Origin: Nemertoderma westbladi
Taxonomy: Eukaryota; Animalia; Xenacoelomorpha
Length of the DNA stretch: 36,274 nucleotides
Reading direction: 5' to 3'
Assembly: GCA_032718475.1 (NCBI GenBank)
Contig: JAUCBJ010005947.1
Location: 1 to 36,274, forward strand
This document shows, piece by piece, positions 12,301 through 24,300 of the stretch. A model generated the notes under the pieces. That model had not been told where the DNA came from. It was given only the letters and a program-made list of their open reading frames with translations, and made no database searches. Position 1 is the first letter of the stretch. Every line of letters starts with the position of its first letter. Position numbers and translations under genes: made by a program.

Positions 12301-15300
12301 CCGGCTCGGTCCCCGAACCAAACGCGGGAAGCACACAGCACTGAGTCCGGCTCGGTCCCCGAACCAAACGCGGGAAGCACACAGCACTGAGTCCGGCTCG
12401 GTCCCCGAACCAAACGCGGGAAGCACACAGCACTGAGTCCGGCTCGGTCCCCGAACCAAACGCGGGAAGCACACAGCACTGAGTCCGGCTCGGTCCCCGA
12501 ACCAAACGCGGGAAGCACACAGCACTGAGTCCGGCTCGGCCCTCGAACCAAACGCGGGAAGCACACAGCACTGAGTCCGGCTCGGTCCCCGAACCAAACG
12601 CGGGAAGCACACAGCACTGAGTCCGGCTCGGTCCCCGAACCAAACGCGGGAAGCACACAGCACTGAGTCCGGGCTCGGTCCTCGAACCAAACGCGGGAAG
12701 CACACAGCACTGAGTCCGGCTCGGTCTTCGAACCAAACGCGGGAAGCACACAGCACTGAGTCCGGGCTCGGTCCTCGAACCAAACGCGGGAAGCACACAG
12801 CACTGAGTCCGGCTCGGCCCTCGAACCGAACGCGGGAAGCACACAGTACTGAGTCCGGGCTCGGTCCTCGAACCAAACGCGGAAAGCACACAGCACTGAG
12901 TCCGACTCGGCCCTCGAACCAAACGCGAGAAGCACACAGCACTGAGTCCGGCTCGGTCCTCGAACCAAACGCGGGAAGCACACAGCACTGAGTCCGGCTC
13001 GGTCTTCGAACCAAACGCGGGAAGCACACAGCACTGAGTCCGGGCTCGGTCCTCGAACCAAACGCGGGAAGCACACAGCACTGAGTCCGGCTCGGTCCTC
13101 GAACCAAACGCGGGAAGCACACAGCACTGAGTCCGGCTCGGCCCTCGAACCGAACGCGGGAAGCACACAGTACTGAGTCCGGCTCGGTCCTCGAACCAAA
13201 CGCGGGAAGCACACAGCACTGAGTCCGGCTCGGTCCTCGAACCAAACGCGGGAAGCACACAGCACTGAGTCCGACTCGGCCCTCGAACCAAACGCAAGAA
13301 GCACACAGCACTGAGTCCGGCTCGGTCCTCGAACCAAACGCGGGAAGCACACAGCACTGAGTCCGGCTCGGCCCTCGAACCAAACGCGGGAAGCACACAG
13401 CACTGAGTCCGGCTCGGCCCTCGAACCGAACGCGAGAAGCACACAGCACTGAGTCCGGCTCGGTCCTCGAACCAAACGCGGGAAGCACACAGCACTGAGT
13501 CCGGCTCGGCCCTCGAACCAAACTCTGGAAGCACACAGCACTGAGTCCGGCTCGGCCCTCGAACCAAACGCGGGAAGCACACAGCACGAGTCCGGGCTCG
13601 GTCCTCGAACCAAACGCGGGAAGCACACAGCACTGAGTCCGGCTCGGTCCTCGAACCAAACGCGGGAAGCACACAGCACTGAGTCCGACTCGGCCCTCGA
13701 ACCAAACGCGAGAAGCACACAGCACTGAGTCCGGCTCGGTCCTCGAACCAAACGCGGGAAGCACACAGCACTGAGTCCGGCTCGGCCCTCGAACCAAACG
13801 CGGGAAGCACACAGCACTGAGTCCGGGCTCGGTCCTCGAACCAAACGCGGGAAGCACACAGCACTGAGTCCGGCTCGGTCCTCGAACCAAACGCGGGAAG
13901 CACACAGCACTGAGTCCGACTCGGCCCACGAACCAAACGCGAGAAGCACACAGCACTGAGTCCGGCTCGGTCTTCGAACCAAACGCGGGAAGCACACAGC
14001 ACTGAGTCCGGCTCGGTCCTCGAACCAAACGCGGGAAGCACACAGCACTGAGTCCGGCTCGGTCCTCGAACCAAACTCTGGAAGCACACAGCACTGAGTC
14101 CGGCTCGGCCCTCGAACCAAACGCGGGAAGCACACAGCACTGAGTCCGACTCGGCCCTCGAACCAAACGCGAGAAGCACACAGCACTGAGTCCGGCTCGG
14201 TCCTCGAACCAAACGCGGGAAGCACACAGCACTGAGTCCGGCTCGGTCCTCGAACCAAACGCGGGAAGCACACAGCACTGAGTCCGGCTCGGCCCTCGAA
14301 CCAAACGCGGGAAGCACACAGCACTGAGTCCGACTCGGCCCTCGAACCAAACGCGAGAAGCACACAGCACTGAGTCCGGCTCGGTCCTCGAACCAAACGC
14401 GGGAAGCACACAGCACTGAGTCCGGCTCGGCCCTCGAACCAAACGCGAGAAGCACACAGCACTGAGTCCGGCTCGGTCCTCGAACCAAACGCGGGAAGCA
14501 CACAGCACTGAGTCCGGCTCGGCCCTCGAACCAAACGCGGGAAGCACACAGCACTGAGTCCGGCTCGGTCTTCGAACCAAACGCGGGAAGCACACAGCAC
14601 TGAGTCCGGGCTCGGTCCTCGAACCAAACGCGGGAAGCACACAGCACTGAGTCCGGCTCGGCCCCCGAACCGAACGCGGGAAGCACACAGTACTGAGTCC
14701 GGGCTCGGTCCTCGAACCAAACGCGGGAAGCACACAGCACTGAGTCCGACTCGGCCCTCGAACCAAACGCGAGAAGCACACAGCACTGAGTCCGGCTCGG
14801 TCCTCGAACCAAACGCGGGATGCACACAGCACTGAGTCCGGCTCGGCCCTCGAACCAAACGCGGGAAGCACACAGCACTGAGTCCGGCTCGGCCCTCGAA
14901 CCGAACGCGGGAAGCACACAGCACTGAGTCCGGCTCGGTCCTCGAACCAAACGCGGGAAGCACACAGCACTGAGTCCGGCTCGGCCCTCGAACCAAACGC
15001 GGGAAGCACACAGCACTGAGTCCGACTCGGCCCTCGAACCAAACGCGAGAAGCACACAGCACTGAGTCCGGCTCGGTCCTCGAACCAAACTCTGGAAGCA
15101 CACAGCACTGAGTCCGGCTCGGCCCTCGAACCAAACTCTGGAAGCACACAGCACTGAGTCCGGCTCGGTCCTCGAACCAAACTCTGGAAGCACACAGCAC
15201 TGAGTCCGGCTCGGTCTTCGAACCAAACGCGGGAAGCACACAGCACTGAGTCCGGCTCGGCCCTCGAACCAAACGCGGGAAGCACACAGCACTGAGTCCG

Positions 15301-18300
15301 GGCTCGGTCCTCGAACCAAACGCGGGAAGCACACAGCACTGAGTCCGGCTCGGTCCTCGAACCAAACGCGGGAAGCACACAGCACTGAGTCCGGCACGGT
15401 CCTCGAACCAAACGCGGGAAGCACACAGCACTGAGTCCGACTCGGCCCTCGAACCAAACGCGGGAAGCACACAGCACTGAGTCCGGGCTCGGTCCTCGAA
15501 CCAAACGCGGGAAGCACACAGCACTGAGTCCGGCTCGGTCCTCGAACCAAACGCGAGAAGCACACAGCACTGAGTCCGGCACGGTCCTCGAAGACAAACA
15601 CCCACTCGCAATTCCGGAATAGTTTCTGGAATCCATCTTTATTCATTAACAAATTTCTGCAACGTAGATTTAGGAATAAGTACCCGGTTCCAGTAGCGGA
15701 CACAATAGGGGAGAAACCTAAACTCAACATCGGAGATCTCAAGGAAACACGTAGACAGGGTATATATAATCACTGCAGTGAAGGGCCAATATCCTTTTGA
15801 CACTTCATTTTGACGGAATTCCAGATTCCGAATGCCAAAAACCAAGAAAACGCCGATAATATAAAATTGTTTCGGTACTTGTTCGCCATGTCGATCACAA
15901 TATAAGAATATATGCCCATAGTAGACTTAATGAACACACTTCCTCAAAGACACTCATTTCAGACACAGGGAAACGCTCTGACCCTTCTGATAACTATGAA
16001 GCATACAATTATTTTTCAAACTTTGAAGATTCTACTAAAAATCTAGAGGCTTACAACTACTACTTTAATCTTGAAAACTTAAATACTAGTAGACCTAAAA
16101 GATCAAATGAACATACCTGTAATAAAGCTAATCAGTATTATATGAATCATGAAGATCCTGTTCAAAATCTATAATCTTACAACCACTCGACACCCCTGAA
16201 CAATAATTATTTGTTACTTTACACCTGTACTTGGTTGACACATTTTGGTGAACTTCTTGAAATGTTCAGGCATAATTTACAACTACAGTTTTCTATCAAC
16301 TTCTTGATTGTGACATCAAGCCCACAAAGGTGAATAATCCCAATATCAACGAAATGGTTCAACTCTAACATAATGAAGGAAATGGAATCTCTTATGCCCA
16401 AGCAAATGGTCTTTTACCACAGCTCAATGTCGTGAAGATGGTCAATTAGATTAAGGCTTATTTTTAGACAGTTTTTGTAGCTATACCAAGGCGCAGTATT
16501 CAAAAACATAATACGACTGAAGTAAGAAGTAAGAAATACAGTCACCGGTGGTAGTTGATTTACGAAATTTAATTTACATTGGTTAGAGGAATTTACTCAA
16601 TAAAATCACCAAAATATGTAAACCAGGTTTTTTTTAAATAAAATTTTTGAATAAACATTTTTTTTACTAACTATTATAAATTTACAAGCCAGAAAAAACA
16701 CTAGCAACCTACTGTACAATTACTCCTATTTAATCAATAGGGCCTACTAGATACTATTTCCACTTCAGAAACTACCAATAAAATCTTTTTTAAAAATATT
16801 TATTGGTCATGGTCAGGGATGTTGACATGGCGAACTAGTAGCAACTGCATCTTGAGCCAAAAGCAAAATACATTTTCTTGGGCCGTTCGGCCAGGTATTG
16901 CGCACAAGGTCTGACGAATTATTTCCTGTGCGTCCCCCCAGAACTTTACACCCCAGAGGAAACCCAGTACTCATTTTCATTTAGCTACCAGTTAGGGATG
17001 AGAGGCAGAGATTAGAGATTTCAAAGCATTCGTGCCGAAACGAAAAATGCCTTGGGCCCCATGCTGGGGTTGAACCCACGACCTCCGAGAGGTGGGAATT
17101 CATTGTAACCACCACCACTACACCAAGGTGGAGCAGTCTCATATAAAATATTAACTAAAAATAATTCAATTGTTCACGAATATCAACCATAGAATTATTT
17201 AATATTTGAGTCAATTAAAATATCAAAATAATTAATTTATTGTTGTTTTTATCCACGCTTACCGGTTTATATGCCGGTAATACGAGCCAATGGGAAGCTT
17301 TGAAACACCCAGACTGGGAAGTTCCTTGCAGAATATTTTTCACGTTGGTTGCCAGGTTGTTGTCGCTAAGGGTCGACGTTGTTCGGTTATCAAACCAGTT
17401 CTCGAGGTTGAAGAAACTAACTTGAAGGGTCGACCAGATATATTTGCGCTGCATATTAATTAAACGAAAATATAAGGGAATCGGAACTTAATTACATACA
17501 CAGCTGATTGAACTATAAATATTACATTCAGAAATAATATCTTATATTGCACAACATTGCCATAATCATAGAAATACTCACAAAGCTCCAATTTCTCTTT
17601 CCTCATTTCAGCGCCCAACAGAAATGCGGACATTTTAGTGGATAGCATTTTGATGAAGACAAAAATAAGAGTTTATTATGTTGGTAGCGGTATTACAGAA
17701 CATATTGGAATTCACAGCTTAGGGGTGTATATTTAAAAAAATATAAACAAAAATAAAATTTGAGTATGTTAAACAATCAGGTTATCCTTTTTCAAATATT
17801 ACTGTATATAAGTTTTAATATGTTTGGATGGTATTTTTCGTCCCCGTATTTCCCACAACCCCATTATTAACGTTGTTTATAATAATAACACGTTGCGGGG
17901 CCCACACAAAGTCCGTAAACATTATCATACAAGTTTTTAGTGCGGTAATGTCTCGTGTAAACGGTTTGAAATGTTTATCTTAATTAGCGAGGCCCCCTCT
18001 GAATTAAAGGGTATGACATCTTCAAAATGTTTTATCTTAAAATGTTGAATAATAAATTCAACAAATTTGTTCGAAAATATATTTTAAAGAAAATGTTTAA
18101 ATGAACAAATTGTTACTAATCACTGACGTTTAAACATTTGGGCTAGACGGATGGACTGACTGGACAGACAGACAGACAGACGGGCAATCGCGATTTTTCC
18201 CATGCTAAACGGTACCGGTCTGCCAAACTTACCTTCCCAGTGTCCAATTGATGCTGAAACGTGTCTTTCAGTTGCTAAAAAAACAATTTAGTAATTTACA

Positions 18301-21300
18301 AAATTGTTATTATATTCTGTAAAAAAATAAGTTTGATGTTGTAGAGTGTTCTTTCATGTAAAAATAGGCGGAAAAATTCCCCGGAAACTGAGTACATGTA
18401 ACGAACAACAGGTTGTGTTGTTCCATCATTCGGACTGACAAGAGATTGGCAATAGATTAAATTCCCACAACTGAATTCAACAATATAATATATATTATAT
18501 TATATATATATATATTATATACAGTATTACTATTATATATACTGTAATATAATTCAACAATCAGTTAAATACAAAATACGCATTATTAACGCAGCCACTG
18601 GGTTGTGCGTTCTAGAAACGGATTACCTGCATATTGAGGTAGGGGTGAGTCATCACGTTTCCTGTTTGGTCCAATAGAAACATATATCCTGTTGGACCTA
18701 AACGGAAGTGATCGGATCGCTGTAGGAAATTCGGTTCGAGAGCGATATCCATGGCGACGACGCCTACCAGTCTGGGAAGGTACTTTAACTCTGTATTGTC
18801 TGCTGTGGGTATGGGATTCCGTCCCGTGTAGGCAGCCTTGGATATAGTTGTAAGCAAGCCAAGGCCCTGGAATAAACAGATAACGTACAGTAATAACTAT
18901 TTATTCCAAAATTATAACATTACTCAACGCCTTTAGTATTAACAGCGAGTTGTTATTTAGCACTTTACAATTTTAGAGGACATTACAGCATTGTATTAGC
19001 CTGTACATTTAGTATTGTATTTGGTGTTCGTAGTTAAGTAATGTCCACTAAGGGGACATTACTTAACGCCGTCATGGTTTACTAGTAAACAATAGGTGGC
19101 AATTTGCCTGACAGCCAGATAGGCCAAATGCATTACCTACCGGTAGCTATTAATAACCAGTAGCTATAAACTATTAATATGGCTCCAAACGCCACCATAA
19201 ATATAAGCGAACTTATTTATAACATAATTGATGTGATTTTTACATTTATTTATACAGCAACTAATATAATTTGTGCAGTTTCTATCACTTATAATGTATA
19301 TGTACAATCATTTCTTAATGTTAAAATTTTGGAATAAAACTACATACATAATTGTTGCAAAGGACTTTACAGTGTTCTAATCCTCGTGGCTTTATTTTCA
19401 CTCACTCACTACGATCGTTCGTGTAAAAAAAGCACTCGGATAATCACACTGTAAAGTGTTACTTTACACACAAGTATGTAAATAGTTATTACACATGAAA
19501 TTGTATGTAATGTGTGTAAAGTATACAGTGTGCAAATAAGATTGGTATTTTACACGAACGGGCTGATAGAGTGATTGAGAACCATGTATGTAGCTTTATT
19601 AAACACATGGTAACATTGCGAAACGTTTGTACCCGAATGAAATTTTGTTGTAAAATAAGTGTGCAATCTTTATATAAAAATAAATATAACTAAGTTTATT
19701 GTTTTATAGAAAAGGATATAAATATAAAAAAAGTTTAATCAAAATCTTATTATCACTCACCTGGACATCAATATAAATTCCTGAAAAGTGAAACTGAATT
19801 GGAGCCTCGGAAAGAGCGAATCGCCGACTCATAACCTAAGGAAAATTACAAAACAAATAACCAAATGAAAAGTAACACAACACACCACACCACAACACAA
19901 CACCCCCGACCCGACCCAACCCAATCCAACCCAAACCAACCCAACCCAACCCAACCCAACCCAACCCAACCCAACCCAACCCAACCAAACCCAACTGTAG
20001 TATTGGCCAACAATATGCAATCATGTATAAATATTCTGCTAGTCCCGTCCAGATACCAAGACCATAAGACAGTACTCGGTCATAGCCTATTATATATACT
20101 ACACTACTTCCTTTCAATAAGGATAAAATAAGAGTATTAGTCTCAAGCGACAATGAATATAGACAAACCAAACTACATTTCTAAAAGTCTGTTAAACAGT
20201 CTAAGATGTCTGAATATTAAGAGTGTATTATCCTTCTGATTCAATCTTTGTATCCATAATACTGCGGTGGGGCTCGTCGACGAGTGGGGTACACCCTCTT
20301 GAGGGGCATATCTGGAGGATCATCGTTAATGTCATCAAGACTTTCATTCCGTACAGCTATGTCAATATTACCATTTCCATGTTGGCTAGCAGCCTCTGCG
20401 GTGGAATTTGGCGGTTGTTGTGGACCAGAGCTTGTTGAGTGAGGAGAAATAAGTTGACGTGATGGTCGCTGGAAACTGTTCTCATGTTGAGTATCAACAG
20501 GCTTCAGAGCTCGGCGGTTACGTGTTATAATCCTATTATTAGGTCCATTGATCATTATCTTATCTCCCCGTATTTCTTGGACCCTGTGGCCATTGTAGGA
20601 ATATCCTGGAGCATCATAGTTCTTGACCATCACAGGCTGGTTTACTTCAAGTGGCTCCAAAGTCTTGACCATGTGTCACTGATTGTAGTCTTCCAATATC
20701 TTTGCACGACTTTCAATATAATGGTTGGTTGGGACTACTGGTGGAGGATGGGAAAGTTTTGGGAGACAGCCCTGCATATTTGAAGCAAGATGGCGATAAA
20801 GGACAGTGTAAGGTTGTTCTCCAGTAACTCTGTGGCGGCTGTTTCGAAGTGTGAAAAGAACGGCTGACAGTCTAGATGTAAATGAACCGCTGGAAGATGG
20901 TGTAGCACGCATCATCTTTTTGATCACCCGGTGCGGACGTTCGATCATTCCGTTAGACTGAGGATATCGTGCTGAGACTGAGATAAGCTTACAGTTTAGT
21001 TTATTAAGATAATTAATAATCTCCTGAGAACGAAACTCTTTAGCATTATCAGAGACTAGGCCCCTGGGCAGTCCAAAGCGAGCGAAAATAACATTTAGCT
21101 GTTGGATAATATAAGAAGATACTGACGATGATGATGGCAGTGGTATAGCTTCTATGTATCTTGAGCCATAATCAATAAGGGTAAGACATTTGTTGTGTTC
21201 GATCTCTGCACAATCAATAGCAATGCGTTCCCAAGGTTGGAAAATTTCGGACTGGATCATTGGCTGAGTGACAGGCAAATCCGCAGCTAGTTTACATGTA

Positions 21301-24300
21301 TGACAGTTTTCTACGAACAGTTTAGCAGCTCGAGTAATCCCAGGCCACCACACATTCATATTTAGCACATCAGTCGTCTTTGTTATGCCTGGATGACCTT
21401 CATGTGCTAACTGAAGCGTCTCTGATCTTAGTGAAAGAGGAATCACAATACGTGTATCACGAAGGAGAATTGGTAACCCACACACATAGTCAATACATAG
21501 TTCATTTCTAATAGTATGGTACGTACTGTCAATTCTGGAAAGAGAATTCCAATTCCCGTCTGATACACTATTAATTATCTTAGATATCTCTGGGCATATT
21601 TGTGTTTCCTGTGCAATCTTGGTGGTAACCACAAACTTAGATTCCAATATAATGTTCACGAATATGTCAGAATGTGATTCAGAAGCAGAGGATGAGAATG
21701 CTGGGTGAGGCGCCCGTGAGAGAGTATCAGAAACAACATTATATTTCCCAGGAATAATTTCTAGAGTGAATGAGTATGGTTGGAGTGCGATTAGAAACCT
21801 TATGACACGGGCAGGACACTGATCCAGTGGTTTATTAAATATGGCTTTAAGGGGCTTATGGTCGTTGTAGACAGTAAACTGAAGACCAATCAAATATTGC
21901 CGGAATTTATGAGCTCCAAATGTTATAGACAACATTTCACGTTCGATTTGTGGGTAACGACTTTCAGCTGGGGTCAGGGCTCGGCTCGCATAAGCAACGG
22001 GTCTCATAATATTGTCTTTATCCTTCTGGAGCAATGTGGCCCCTAATCCTATTGGGGATGCATCACACTGTAGATAAGTATGATGGCTAGTGTTGTAGAG
22101 TTTGAGGACTGGGGCAGTGCTAAGGATCTCTTTGAGTTCATCAAAGGCATCTTGGCATACAGTGGACCAATGAAATAGAATAGATAATTTAACCAGTTGT
22201 CTTATAGGGTATGTTATGTCACTGAAATTAGGAATAAATTTTGCAAGATAGGTTGCCATGCCTAGAAATCTACGACAATCAGCTGCAGAAGTTGGTATTG
22301 GTAGGTTTCTAATAGCGGAAACTTTCTCGGGGTCTGGAGAGATACCACTCCCTGTTAATAAGTGACCAAGATAGGTAATTTCAGTCTTCCGAAACTCGCA
22401 TTTTGGAGGTTGTAACTCAATCTGGGAATCAGCACACCGTTTCAAAACTTTAGCTAAGCGCTCAACATGTTCAGTAAGGGTTTTACCATGGACTAGGACA
22501 TCATCCTCCAATACAATAGTACCTGGGATATCCTGCAAGGTTTCTGACATGATTTCATGGTAAATTTCAGGTGCGGACGTTACTCCATAGGGAAGTCGGA
22601 CATAACGATAAGTCCCATTAGGGAGTACGAAGGTTGTTAAGCGACTAGAAAACTCATCTAGACGTAACTGATGGAACCCGGCATCAAGTTTGGAAAAATA
22701 CAGACTACCCTCTACTTTAGCAAATAACTCTTCGGGGGTAGGAATTAATACTCTTTTCCGAAGAACAGCTTTGTTAAGCAATCTTAAGTCAAGGCAAAGG
22801 CGCATTTTCCCATTCTTTCGCCTTCCTACCACTATAGGACTAACCCACTCTGCCGGAGGATCCGTTGTTGGAACTTTGATCACACTACCCTCAGCAATGA
22901 GGTTGGCGATTTCTTGCTCTAGTTCTGGAATGAGACCAAAGGGAACTCGACGTGGGGCTTGTTGAACAGGTACTGCATCCGGTTTTAGAGTAATATGGGC
23001 CTCAGGCACCCTCATTGCAGACAATTCCGTTACGCAAGGGGATGGAGAAACTTGAACTGTATTTACCAAAGCTTCATTGTTAAATTTCCGTTGTAAAAGT
23101 TTCAGTTTAGTTATTGCATCTCTACCAAGTAGTGCCATTGTAGCTCCTTCAACGACATAAACATCCAGGGTAACATAACGGGTCCCGTAGGATAATGTAA
23201 CCTTAGCACTACCAAGCAAAGGGAGAAACGTTTTGCCCATGTAACCACGTAGCTTTTTATCAGTATCGGGTTTAACAATGTTTAGGTCGACATTCTGGCT
23301 TGGAAGAATGGTATGTTTGGTACCACTATCAACCAAGAAAATTACATTAACTGAGTAACTAGGGCTTGCGACATTAATGAGAATATGCCAAGGTGTAGGG
23401 AGAACTGGGCAAATCCCTTCTTCGCAGACATTTAGATGAACAACATCACATTCCTCATTGTTCATGGTGCTATTAACTTCTTCAATAGTAAGTTATTAAC
23501 TGCATTGTCTATTTCGTCTGTAAGATCTATTTGTTCGAATTTATTGAAACACACTTCCTCTCCATAGCTGTCATACTCATATTCTCCATCCGCATAATCC
23601 ATGACATTGTGTACATTACTGTGTGGCTGGACCCGAGCAGTTGGGAAAGATCGGTTAGGCCCAGCACTACTGCCACCAAAGCTGGGTTTCGGGTGGGACC
23701 TGCGTAGAAACGGTTTTGATTCTTTCTTGCAAAGAATAGAGTTTCCGGTATGGTGTAGTTCGCCACATCGTTTACAGTGTTGTCCATAAGCAGGACAGGC
23801 TCCCTTTTTATGACTCTGGCAACAAAACCGACAATTTCGAATATAAATAGTTGTTGTTGTAGAACGGGGTGGTGCTTGTCTTATCTGCCCAGAAATAGGG
23901 CGGTACGGATATTGGGACTGTCGGCTTTGGACAGCCAACACATCTGAAGCGGTATTATTTGGGCTGCTGAATCCAGAAAGCTCTTTGTGGCTTGAAACGG
24001 CAGCCTCATATGCTGAAGCCGCATTACGAATTAGTTGAAGTGTAGCGTCGGAAGGTTGTTCCAGTAACTGGCGACGGAGTTCATCACCTTTAATACCAGA
24101 AATGAATGTATCTCGAAGGCGTGTCTCTGGGGTTTCGCTTGCAAGGTCACAATGACTAGCCAGTTGGCTTAAACTTGTGAAAAATTCCGGGATTGTTTCA
24201 CCAGGTTGTTGACGCCTGTTTAGGAATCGATGTCTCATTACAAGGAGATTACGCCAGGGTGCAAAGTATCTTTCAAAATCCTCGAGGAGGTTATCCAGAT

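Noticed and set aside
5601-15591. CRISPR array or tandem ribozyme (hammerhead/hairpin) array
   Set aside because: There are no unique spacers or cas genes. The monomer lacks the CUGANGA...GAAA core and the hairpin-ribozyme loop B.
5404-15742. Three ~3400-aa minus-strand ORFs as giant proteins
   Set aside because: All three frames give the same cyclic peptide because a stop-free 46-mer is not a multiple of 3. Frequent 47-bp units shift the frame freely, and the region is intronic.
17050-17134. Functional tRNA gene (also 3440-3525)
   Set aside because: A and B boxes are present, but there is no consistent cloverleaf, and a SINE-like body follows.
16219-17648. ORFs 16219-16401 and 17460-17648 as extra alpha2delta exons
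   Set aside because: The flanking exons already join in phase with continuous homology, and these ORFs show no recognisable motifs.
20241-20672. Separate env-like third ORF in the Gypsy element
   Set aside because: It is in frame with pol after one TGA, resembles an integrase C-terminus, and has no signal peptide or transmembrane segment.
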